From: Polyangiaceae bacterium
GTDB lineage: Bacteria; Myxococcota_A; Polyangia; Polyangiales; Polyangiaceae
DNA length: 64,000 nt
Reading direction: 5' to 3'
Assembly (NCBI GenBank): GCA_965222375.1
Contig: CBDCTZ010000011.1
Coordinates: 64,001-128,000 of the forward strand
A program made the translations under genes and the position numbers. This document shows, piece after piece, positions 28,104-36,666 of the stretch; position 1 is the first letter of the stretch; each line of letters starts with the position of its first letter. Under the pieces are notes generated by a model. It did not search any database and was not told the DNA's origin. It was given only the letters and a program-made list of their open reading frames with translations.

Positions 28104-29177
28104 GTGATGAATTTGAAACCTTACCTTGGCTTGTGTTTTTTGGGGCTCACCGCGGCTTGCGGCAGCACGACTTTGGATCCGGTTCAGAACGGTACCGGAG
28201 GTGCGAGCACCGGCGGCAATTCGAGCGGCGGCAGTGCTGGCAGCGGTGGTAGTGCGACCGGTGGAAGCTCGAGCGGTGGCACCGGAGGCGGCAGTGCCTG
28301 CAAGAGTCCCAATCCGGCAGGCTGCGTTCAGACTGGGTGCAGTGCTGGGCAGATCTGCAATACGGACGTGCAGATCTGCCTGCCTTCGAGTTGCAGCTGT
28401 GACGAAAAGACCGGGGAATGGGCGTGCACCGACGACTGCGGTGGCGGCGCGTGTACGCCGGATCCCACGGCAGGCAAGTACTTCGTTCGCATCGGGTTCG
28501 TGGACGGGCAAGTGCAGATCCCGGACTTCTGCGTGTCCTATCAAAACGACGGACTCACCTACACCTGGGACCAGCAACTCTTGCTAGCTTTGCATGGCGA
28601 AAGCTCCTCCTCGCTGAATGGCTTGAAACGCCTCACAAAGTACCTGCCCCTGAAGGCCGCGCCCTTAGCCTTTGCAATTGCGTCGCCGAAGAGTGGGTGT
28701 GCGGCGCCGAGCTACATTGCGGAAATGCCCAATGTTGACACTTTGGGCCTGCCTCCAACGCACTTCACCTTGCTTTCCGCTCCGTATTCGAACGAACCGC
28801 CCGAGGTTTGGGTGCTGCCCGACTCGGGGCCCGTTGCCGGAGGGGTCAACTCGAAGCTGCGGGTGATCAATGCCACGACGACGTCCTACGATCTGATCAA
28901 CGTCGCGGCGGATGGCGACAAACTCGGCAAGGCCGCGTTCGGAAAAATGAACTCATACCAGTACCAGTCGGTGAGCAAGGGCCATCTCCAATTGCTCACC
29001 TTCGAGGACTTCCAAGGCAAGTATTCGGCGGACTTCAGTGGCAGCGACCTGCTCGCGTTGCACAACTCCACGGTCATCATCGCGGGCTGGCAGGGCAAGT
29101 ACCACGCTTTCGGTTGTATAGATGGCAAGGGCTCAGACTTCTTCTGCCTGCCAGCCGCCGTGAAGAAGCTGCCCTGA
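28104..29177 (+). CDS. lipoprotein with Cys-rich module and DUF4397-like C-terminal domain
   Basis: TAAC lipobox, Gly/Ser linker, CLPSSCSC...WACTDDC module, SKLRVINA motif. Confidence 0.75.
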   Translation: MMNLKPYLGLCFLGLTAACGSTTLDPVQNGTGGASTGGNSSGGSAGSGGSATGGSSSGGTGGGSACKSPNPAGCVQTGCSAGQICNTDVQICLPSSCSCDEKTGEWACTDDCGGGACTPDPTAGKYFVRIGFVDGQVQIPDFCVSYQNDGLTYTWDQQLLLALHGESSSSLNGLKRLTKYLPLKAAPLAFAIASPKSGCAAPSYIAEMPNVDTLGLPPTHFTLLSAPYSNEPPEVWVLPDSGPVAGGVNSKLRVINATTTSYDLINVAADGDKLGKAAFGKMNSYQYQSVSKGHLQLLTFEDFQGKYSADFSGSDLLALHNSTVIIAGWQGKYHAFGCIDGKGSDFFCLPAAVKKLP

Positions 29178-29200
29178 GCTGGCCGCGGACTTCGCTTCAA

Positions 29201-29959
29201 TCAGTCGACCAAGCCCAACTCTTCAGCGCAGCTGGTCAGCACCGTGCGCCAGTTCTCGTCCGAAAGGCCCGCGTCGGGACCGGCGGGCTGTCCTTGACGG
29301 CAGAGTTCGGCCTTACCCAGCGCGCAATCGATGAGCTGTGAAGCGTGGGCGCCGAAAGGGTTTGACCCATTGTAGGAACCGTCGTTAGTGGTGTCAGAGC
29401 CGGCGTCCGACGGGGAGCTCAGATAGCTACCGGCGAGCCAGCAGATGGAATCGCAGGGGATGTCCTCTGAGGGGCATTGGCGATCCGATGGCTGCGAGTT
29501 CGCGTCCGCATTGCCGGCGTCTGCGACCGAAGCGTCCGCCAGAGTGGATTCGACGGCCCGACATAAATCGAGGCACAGCCTGACGTCTGGATACGCGCAC
29601 TCGATCAGGGCGTCTCGCGGAGCTTGGCAGGTCGACTCTTTTGGAAGCGCTTGGGCGCGAAATCCGGAGCCCGAGCAAACGAAGTCGTCGGGCGATGCGG
29701 CGCGGTAGCAATCGAGGAGCGTTCGCTGAAGGCTCGAGCACGGCTCCTCGGCCAGACTGCGCTCGCAGTTGCGAACGCAGTTTTCGGGTTCTTGCTCGCA
29801 GTCCTTGCGCAAGAAGGCCTGGCACCAGTCGTCGCAGAAGGTCGGTGAGCCCGAGTACTCCTCGGGATCGCATTGGGTGCTGAGCGCGGCCAGCGTGGCG
29901 ACCGTCGCCAATGGCCAGCTGCGGCGCTTGGCACTCGGACCCTGTGTTCGAAAGCTCAT
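29201..29959 (-). CDS. Cys-rich lipoprotein
   Basis: LSTQC lipobox-like; repeated CxxxC helical-hairpin Cys spacing. Confidence 0.75.
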   Translation of the reverse strand: MSFRTQGPSAKRRSWPLATVATLAALSTQCDPEEYSGSPTFCDDWCQAFLRKDCEQEPENCVRNCERSLAEEPCSSLQRTLLDCYRAASPDDFVCSGSGFRAQALPKESTCQAPRDALIECAYPDVRLCLDLCRAVESTLADASVADAGNADANSQPSDRQCPSEDIPCDSICWLAGSYLSSPSDAGSDTTNDGSYNGSNPFGAHASQLIDCALGKAELCRQGQPAGPDAGLSDENWRTVLTSCAEELGLVD

Positions 29960-32445
29960 GGCTCGGCGTGTGGGCCCTTAACCTAGGGCGCGGATGGAGC
30001 CGTGGCCAGCTCGAGGCCGTGAAAAGGACCCTGGCCTCCGGACGAGTGGCAATTATAAGACTGGGGTTGGTTTCACACTCGCGCGCCCCTAGCCAGGCAC
30101 GATGGCGGACACTGTGCTTGCTGGCACTAGTCACGGCCACGCCGTCTGCGCGGGCGCAACCGGACCCACCAAAGCCGGCGGAAGAGACCGAAACTCCGCC
30201 GCCAGCGGTCATCACGCCCCCCAAAGCGTTGGGCAATATCGCCGTTGACTACCCGGCAGAGGCGGCGGGCGATGCACTCGTGTTGCTCGAACTCGTTGTC
30301 GCAAAAGAGGGGAGGGTTACGTCTGTGTCTGTCGTGACGGGCAACCAGCCCTTCTCCGACGCAGCCGTAGAAGCCGCGAAGACCTGGCGGTTCACTCCGG
30401 CCACGCGGGGTGGTGTCGCGGTCGCGGCTCGGATCCGCATGGAAGTGCGCTTCAGCGAACCGCCTCGGGACGGCCCCGAGGCCGAGCAAGATGAGACCGT
30501 CGCCGGCGCGCCGCCGCCTAGAGAGCCAGAGGGACAGCCAGAGGGAAAGCCCCTGGAAGTAGTCGTGACTGGGGAGCGCCGCGCGGGTGGAGAAAAACGC
30601 ATCTCTCGCGCCGAAGTGCGACAGCTTCCTGGCGCATTCGGAGATCCTTTTCGCGCAGTCGAGGTCATGCCCGGGGTCACGCCCGTGGCATCGGGGCTGC
30701 CCTATTTTTTCGTTCGCGGGGCACCGCCGGGCAACGTCGGCTACTTCTTCGACGACATCCCGGTGCCAGGCCTGTATCACGTCGCTGCTGGCCCTGCCGT
30801 AATCCACCCCGCTTTCATCGACGAGGTACGGCTGTACTCCGGCGCCTACCCGGCTAGCTACGGGCGCGTCTCCGGCGGCATCGTCACGGGCAGTGCCGCG
30901 CAACCCGAAGGTCGGTTTCGCGGTGAGGCCAATGTGCGACTCGTTGACAGCGGCGCGTTCGTGGAGACACCGTTTGCAGAGGGGCGCGGCAACGCGATGT
31001 TGGCGGGTCGCTACTCCTACACCGGCGCAGTGGTGTCACTGCTCGTGCCCGAAGTCGAGATTGGCTACTGGGACTACCAGGGGCGCATTCAGTACAGGCT
31101 GACGGAGCGAGACACGGTCGGAGTGTTCGGCTTCGGCGCCTACGACTTTCTCAGTGCAGAAGACGACGATGGTGAGACCCAGGACATCTATGATGTCACC
31201 TTTCACCGTTACGACATCCGCTACGATCGCGCTCTAGGTCCGGATAGCGCCCTGCGGCTGGCAACGACACTGGGTTTCGACCGCTCCGCCGCGGGCGACG
31301 GCGAATTGGAACTTCAGGCTCAGAGCGCGCGCAACCGCTTCCGCTACGTGGACCGCTGGAGCAAGGATGTTCTGTTTCGCTCCGGGGCGGACGTCAGTGT
31401 CGCGCGCTACGACATCCTGCTCGACCAAGACGACGCCGGTGGTGCAGGGGGCGGCGACGGCATACCCGCGGAACTCAACCCGAACCCCCTGCCGGGCTTG
31501 CCTCCACGCTTTTCCCCGCGCCTGCCCGACGAGGATGTGACGGACGCTCGCTTTGCTTCACGCAGCGAAGTCATCACCGGCGCCTGGCTCGATTGGGTGC
31601 TGGACCTGGGATCCGGCGTGACCCTGACGCCTGGGTTTCGCATGGACCTCTACACTGCTGACGGCGTGACCCGATTAGCGCCCGAGCCCCGGGTGGCCGC
31701 TCGCTTTCAGGTGAGCGAACGCGTCGCGCTACTGCACGATTTGGGCATCGCGCATCAACCGCCGAGCTTCGCGATCCCGGTGCCGGGGCTACAAGGCGCA
31801 GCCAAAGAAGGTCTTCAGACCGGCGTGCAGAGCAGCGCCGGCGCGGAAGTGGATTTGGGAGATGAAGTCACCGGATCCCTCACGCTGTTTCAAAACGTCC
31901 TGTTCGGTTTGACGGACCCTTTGGGGCTCTTCCAGTTGCAGCGCGCTGACGCCACCGTGGACAACGAGGATCGCGCGACGTCCCATAGCTACGGGCTGGA
32001 AGTCCTACTTCGCCGCTCGCTGACCAAGCGCCTCGGTGGTTTCATGTCCTACACGCTCTCGCGCAGCACGCGTGCGTCGGGGCGGCTAGAAGGCCCGTCT
32101 AGCTTCGATCGCAGGCACGTCTTCAACATCGCCATGGCCTACGACTTGGGGCGCGCTTGGCGCGTGGGTTGGCGCGGTGTGGTCTACAGCGGCATTCCTG
32201 CCGAGGTGGCTTACGCTCGGGCTGCTCGCAATCCGCCTCGCTCAGCTCCGTTCTATCGCTTGGATTGGCGGCTGGAAAAGCGCTGGCGGTTGGGCAAGAC
32301 CGGCTTCTGGGCCTTGGTGTTCGAAGTTCTCAACACGACACTGAATAGGGAAACCCTCGAGATCAGTTGCTACGCCTACGGCTGTGAAACCGAGACCATT
32401 GGCCCCGTGACGATCCCCAGCATCGGGCTGGAGGCGAGCTTCTAG
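29911..32445 (+). CDS. TonB-dependent receptor with N-terminal TonB C-terminal domain (true start probably ~30020-30070)
   Basis: TonB_C motif AAVEAAKTWRFTPA; plug LPGAFGDPFRAVEVMPGV and FVRGAPPGN; C-terminal Phe (GLEASF). Confidence 0.9.
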   Translation: MASCGAWHSDPVFESSWLGVWALNLGRGWSRGQLEAVKRTLASGRVAIIRLGLVSHSRAPSQARWRTLCLLALVTATPSARAQPDPPKPAEETETPPPAVITPPKALGNIAVDYPAEAAGDALVLLELVVAKEGRVTSVSVVTGNQPFSDAAVEAAKTWRFTPATRGGVAVAARIRMEVRFSEPPRDGPEAEQDETVAGAPPPREPEGQPEGKPLEVVVTGERRAGGEKRISRAEVRQLPGAFGDPFRAVEVMPGVTPVASGLPYFFVRGAPPGNVGYFFDDIPVPGLYHVAAGPAVIHPAFIDEVRLYSGAYPASYGRVSGGIVTGSAAQPEGRFRGEANVRLVDSGAFVETPFAEGRGNAMLAGRYSYTGAVVSLLVPEVEIGYWDYQGRIQYRLTERDTVGVFGFGAYDFLSAEDDDGETQDIYDVTFHRYDIRYDRALGPDSALRLATTLGFDRSAAGDGELELQAQSARNRFRYVDRWSKDVLFRSGADVSVARYDILLDQDDAGGAGGGDGIPAELNPNPLPGLPPRFSPRLPDEDVTDARFASRSEVITGAWLDWVLDLGSGVTLTPGFRMDLYTADGVTRLAPEPRVAARFQVSERVALLHDLGIAHQPPSFAIPVPGLQGAAKEGLQTGVQSSAGAEVDLGDEVTGSLTLFQNVLFGLTDPLGLFQLQRADATVDNEDRATSHSYGLEVLLRRSLTKRLGGFMSYTLSRSTRASGRLEGPSSFDRRHVFNIAMAYDLGRAWRVGWRGVVYSGIPAEVAYARAARNPPRSAPFYRLDWRLEKRWRLGKTGFWALVFEVLNTTLNRETLEISCYAYGCETETIGPVTIPSIGLEASF

Positions 32446-32643
32446 GGTGGACGCGGCGCTACGGGTGGCGCCGGGTGCTAGTACGCCTCCTGCCACTTCG
32501 CGCGGCGGGATGCGACGGCCTACAGTCGTTGCCAAGACTGGGTGTTCAAGCAGAACAAGGGGCTGACCAATCTTGGTGGCGTGGGGCTGGTGATGAACTA
32601 CTGGCCGGAGAACACCAAAAGCGCCAACGCCATGTGCAACTAG
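32446..32643 (+). pseudogene. gene remnant (Gly linker plus Cys-containing C-terminus)
   Basis: GGRGATGGAGC*YASCHFARRDATAYSRCQDWVFKQNKGLTNLGGVGLVMNYWPENTKSANAMCN*; no start upstream and one internal TAG. Confidence 0.45.
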
Positions 32644-32647
32644 CTAG

Positions 32648-33358
32648 CTAGAACGTGCCGCCTAGTCGGAGGACCGTGCTCGTCGAGCTGGCGGTGCCCG
32701 TGGGTTGGAATCGCTCCAGGGCGTCCGTGTAGTCACGAGCGTTGCTGGCGGCGATCAGATCGCCCGTCAAGATCAGAGCGCTCTGGAGCGCAACCCCCGC
32801 GCCGATGCCTTGCGCGCGCTCACTGTCGTCGATGAAGCCGTAGGTCGAAACGCCTATGCCCGCGGCGATGCCGACTATCCAGACGATGGTCAGGATGTCG
32901 AATTGGTCGTTCACTGCCTTCATGCGCTTCAATTCGTCTTTACGGAAGGCCGCCGGATCTCGCTTCAAATTCGACTTCAAGTCACTGAGTTGACCGGGGG
33001 TCCTGAAGAAGATCACGCCACCCGCGGCCAGCTCGAGCAGCCCAAAGCCGGCCAGGGGATACATCGCGCCCTCGAGCCGCTCGTCGTCCCGCTGGGTGTA
33101 GAGCACGGCGGCGCCACCCAAAGAGGCCACGCCCGCGATCATGCCAGCGAGCCCCAGGGTCTTTTCTTGGGAGAAGTAATCGTCGGTTGCGCGCTCCATA
33201 CCGGCTTGGTCGATGGGCTGCGCGGCTGCCGGTCGCGCCAGGGAAAATGCCAGAGCGAGGCTGACCAGCGCAGCCAGCGTGCGCCGACGCCCGGGGGCCC
33301 GCCTGCGCGGCGAAACATCTTTTTTCGTAGAAAAGGCGGCGGATTGCGACTTCGGCAT
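32648..33358 (-). CDS. hypothetical membrane protein with signal peptide
   Basis: Signal peptide ...ARPAAA/QP and four hydrophobic segments. Confidence 0.75.
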   Translation of the reverse strand: MPKSQSAAFSTKKDVSPRRRAPGRRRTLAALVSLALAFSLARPAAAQPIDQAGMERATDDYFSQEKTLGLAGMIAGVASLGGAAVLYTQRDDERLEGAMYPLAGFGLLELAAGGVIFFRTPGQLSDLKSNLKRDPAAFRKDELKRMKAVNDQFDILTIVWIVGIAAGIGVSTYGFIDDSERAQGIGAGVALQSALILTGDLIAASNARDYTDALERFQPTGTASSTSTVLRLGGTF

Positions 33359-33361
33359 GGC

Positions 33362-33381
33362 ATGAATGAATATTCATTCAT
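33362..33381. promoter_or_regulatory. perfect 20-bp AT-rich palindrome ATGAATGAATATTCATTCAT (operator-like)
   Basis: Exact inverted repeat in the gap between divergent genes, in a GC-rich background. Confidence 0.7.
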
Positions 33382-33468
33382 TTTCTGATGTCAAGCCTAC
33401 GGACGGGATTTTGGGGTTCTGGGTCGCCCGGCTCCGGCCACAACGGGGGTGATAGGTTCGGCGGCGGG

Positions 33469-35004
33469 GTGCTGGTCAAACTCGTCGCGGTCGTCGCATA
33501 TCTGCTGATCCTCGTTGGGATCGGCGCCGCAGCGTCGCGCCGGATGAAGGACGTCAAAGACTACTTCGCCGCGGGCAAGGGACTCGGCTTCTGGGCTGTG
33601 GCCTTCAGCGCCCGCGCAACCGGCGAGAGTGCCTGGCTACTGCTCGGCCTGACCGGGATGGGCGCAGCTGTTGGTGCCAAGGCGCTGTGGGTCGTGCTTG
33701 GCGAAGTCATCGGAGTAGCCACGGCGTGGCTGTTGATGTGTCGCCGCTTCAAGTCCCTGACAGATCGCTACGACTCGATTACGGTACCGGACTACTTCGC
33801 CGATCGCTTCCGCGACCGTTCCCATCGTTTGAGAATCGTAGCCGCAGGGGCGCTCGTGGTGTTCGTGACGATTTACGTTAGCGCGCAGATCGATGCCACG
33901 GGCAAGGCCTTCGAGAGTTTTTTGGGGTGGAACTACTACACGGGAATCGCCGTCGGGTTCGCGGTCGTTTTGGTCTACATCGTGGCAGGTGGCTTCCTCG
34001 CGGTTGCGTGGTCCGATGTATTCCAAGGCTCGTTGATGTTTTTGGGACTCGTGACGTTACCCGTCGTCGGACTCATCGTTCTGGGTGGCCCGGCGGAAAT
34101 GAGCAGTCGACTCACTGCCATCGATCCAGGCCTGCTCACCCTCGCTGGCCCGGGGGATGGCTGGACGCTGCCCACAGTTCTCAGTGTGATTTCCTTGCTG
34201 CTGATCGGCCTGGGCTTCATGGGCTCGCCGCAGATCTTCGTTCGCTTCATCGCCCTCAAGGACAAGCGGGAAATCAGCAAGGGCGCTGGTGTCGCGATAA
34301 GCTTTACGGTGTTGGCTGACCTCGGCGCCGTGCTGATCGGCATGGTCGGCCGCGCCCTGCTCAGCGGGCCCGAGGACAAGCTAGAGAAGGTGCTGGGTCA
34401 GGGCGGGGAAGACGTGCTTCCGCTACTGGTCGGCCGTGTGCTGCCCTTGATCTTGGTGGGGTTGTTCGTGGCCATCGTGCTTTCCGCAATCATGAGCACC
34501 GTCGACTCGCTGCTCGTCCTCGCCGGGAGCGCCTTGGTGCGGGACGTGTACCAAAAGGTGTTGCACCCAGCGATGCCGGACGATCAGCTCGTACCCAAGA
34601 GTCGGGCCGCAACCTTTGCCTTGGCCGCGATCGCTCTCATCGTCGCGGTTTCTGTTGCGCTCGTCACACCGGACAGGACTGTCTTCTGGTTCGTGATCTT
34701 CGGTTGGTCGGGCATCAGCGCCACCTTCTGCCCTACCATGATCCTTTCGCTGTTCTGGCCGCGCCTCACCGCAAACGGTGCCTTGGCCGCAATGCTAGTC
34801 GGCTTCGCGTGCGTACCGTTGTTCAAGTTCGCGGTGCCAATGCTTCCCATGGTCGGTTCATCCTTCAAGACTCTCGGGGAGCTGCCTCCCGCGTTTGTCC
34901 TGTCCGGGGTTGCGGCAGTCGTCGTCAGTCTGATGGACCGCAAAGGGCAGACTCGGGTCGAGGGGGTCGACACAGAGCTGCGCGACAGCGCCAAGGCGCC
35001 ATGA
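33469..35004 (+). CDS. putP: sodium/proline (SSS family) symporter
   Basis: DYFAAGK, FSARATGESAWLLLGL, AVAWSDVFQG, GSPQIFVRF, SAIMSTVDS; about 13 TM helices. Confidence 0.85.
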   Translation: MLVKLVAVVAYLLILVGIGAAASRRMKDVKDYFAAGKGLGFWAVAFSARATGESAWLLLGLTGMGAAVGAKALWVVLGEVIGVATAWLLMCRRFKSLTDRYDSITVPDYFADRFRDRSHRLRIVAAGALVVFVTIYVSAQIDATGKAFESFLGWNYYTGIAVGFAVVLVYIVAGGFLAVAWSDVFQGSLMFLGLVTLPVVGLIVLGGPAEMSSRLTAIDPGLLTLAGPGDGWTLPTVLSVISLLLIGLGFMGSPQIFVRFIALKDKREISKGAGVAISFTVLADLGAVLIGMVGRALLSGPEDKLEKVLGQGGEDVLPLLVGRVLPLILVGLFVAIVLSAIMSTVDSLLVLAGSALVRDVYQKVLHPAMPDDQLVPKSRAATFALAAIALIVAVSVALVTPDRTVFWFVIFGWSGISATFCPTMILSLFWPRLTANGALAAMLVGFACVPLFKFAVPMLPMVGSSFKTLGELPPAFVLSGVAAVVVSLMDRKGQTRVEGVDTELRDSAKAP

Positions 35005-35149
35005 AACGTCGGATCTCGCGCTATCGACGCACTGCTGAAGATTGGTTTTGGGGGTCGGTTCAATGCTGCAGGCAGGGCCGCTTCTCTCGACCTAGGCCAT
35101 CCTGCAGCGAACTTGCGTTACCCTGTCTCGCCCGGAGCAGAGCGAACTA

Positions 35150-35527
35150 GTGCAGAACGACGTCTACTACGCAGATCCGGTGCCCGAAGGGCCACCCCAA
35201 GTTTGGATTTGGTACCTCGTGTATGCCGTCTGCCTGGGTCTGGTCTACGTGGTGATGGTAGTCGGCGGCGTCTGGTTCATGCTTGCCGCGCCAGGTGGGC
35301 CGGGCGCGGACCCGCCGTGGATCGGTGGCATCATGGCCGTGATCTCGTTCCCGCTGGCGTTGCTCTTTCTGGCCGCGCCGTTTCTGCCGAAGAAGAGTTG
35401 GGCCTGGTACTACCACATGGCGCTGATCGCTCTCGGGCTCACGAGCGCCTGCTGCTTGCCGGCCTGCGGCGCCCTGCTCTACTTCTGGATCAAGCCGGAG
35501 ACCAAGGCGTTCTTCGGAGTCAAATAG
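35150..35527 (+). CDS. small multi-pass membrane protein
   Basis: Four hydrophobic helices; ends KPETKAFFG. Confidence 0.75.
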   Translation: MQNDVYYADPVPEGPPQVWIWYLVYAVCLGLVYVVMVVGGVWFMLAAPGGPGADPPWIGGIMAVISFPLALLFLAAPFLPKKSWAWYYHMALIALGLTSACCLPACGALLYFWIKPETKAFFGVK

Positions 35528-35540
35528 CTCGTCCGGGTCA

Positions 35541-35996
35541 TCACTTCTGGCAGGTCATGCCCGAAGACGCAGCCTTGCAGAACAAGCCTTTGCAGCATTC
35601 GGTGTCGCCACTGCAGGGTTGGTCAGTGCTCTTGCAGCAGTAGTACTTGAAGTCGGATGGATCGAAGGCGCACTCCAGAGGCTTACAGCACTCCAGGAGG
35701 TCGGAGGGTTTGGTGCCACAAAACGCCTTGACGGGTTCGCAGCTACCACCATCCGCGCCGGCGCTTCCTGCTGCTCCGGAGGCACCGCTCGAGCCAGCGC
35801 TCCCGCCGCTGGACGCGCCACCACTGGCCGCTCCGGCCCCAGCAGTGCCACCACTCGAGCTGCCACCACTGGCCGTGCCGCCCCCGCTGCCATCGCCATC
35901 GTCTCCGGCTGCACAGCCCCAGACTGCCCAGCTGCAGAGGCAAACCCCCGACAAAAGCCCAACGGAAACCCAACTTCTACCCGCGCGTCGTGTCAT
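35541..35996 (-). CDS. lipoprotein with Gly/Ser linker and two 6-Cys knottin-like modules
   Basis: VWGC lipobox; CEPVKAFC...CC...C...C and CKSTDQPC...CC...C...C. Confidence 0.78.
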   Translation of the reverse strand: MTRRAGRSWVSVGLLSGVCLCSWAVWGCAAGDDGDGSGGGTASGGSSSGGTAGAGAASGGASSGGSAGSSGASGAAGSAGADGGSCEPVKAFCGTKPSDLLECCKPLECAFDPSDFKYYCCKSTDQPCSGDTECCKGLFCKAASSGMTCQK

Positions 35997-36084
35997 CTTG
36001 TCGAGCTACCGCACGGCGGTGGGTCCTGTAAAGGGCCCGCCATAGACCGTTTCGCATCGGGCGGAAGCGTTCTACGCTTGGTGT

Positions 36085-36576
36085 ATGGCCAAGCTTGACG
36101 ACAACGAGCGCGACATCGAGTTATGCGTCATCGTGATCGGGGGGGCGAGCGACCGATTTCACGAAGCCCTGCCGTTGAAGGACGATGTGCTGTCCCTGGG
36201 AGAGGCGGCCAAGTGGCGCCCGAGCCTGCGCTTGCACTGTTTTGGGCTCGAGCCCTTTGCGGATGACAAAGAAGCGGCGCACCTCAGGGAGCTCCTGGCC
36301 GACGCGGACGCCTTGGTGCTGACGGACGCCCCAGATGCGGGGCATCACTATTCCTCCAGCACCCTGGAGATGCTCGACCGAGCTCTGCACCTCGGCAAGC
36401 CCGGTCTCCCCGCGGCGGTGTTTGGCAGTCAGGCCATGGCGGACGAGTGGACGACTCTGAGCAACTACAAGCCTCTCTACATTGGCGAGCCGGTGGCAGA
36501 CAACGCCATGCCCGCCATCAAAGCCCTGGTGCGAGCTGTGCTCCGACCGACTTCGCGACCACCACCGGTCGCCTAG
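36085..36576 (+). CDS. MglA-like small GTPase-fold protein lacking the P-loop (putative pseudo-GTPase)
   Basis: Segments recall MglA (RDIELCVIVIG, LSLGE, LLADADALV, AIKALVRAVL), but no GxxxxGK[TS] or NKxD is present. Confidence 0.6.
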   Translation: MAKLDDNERDIELCVIVIGGASDRFHEALPLKDDVLSLGEAAKWRPSLRLHCFGLEPFADDKEAAHLRELLADADALVLTDAPDAGHHYSSSTLEMLDRALHLGKPGLPAAVFGSQAMADEWTTLSNYKPLYIGEPVADNAMPAIKALVRAVLRPTSRPPPVA

Positions 36577-36666
36577 GGCATGGCGCCTGCAGCTGGGCGG
36601 AGTGGGCGAAATGAGCCGCGCCGCTGGTGGCTCGTCTTCGGGTGCAGGCTCGGTTAGGGATGACGC

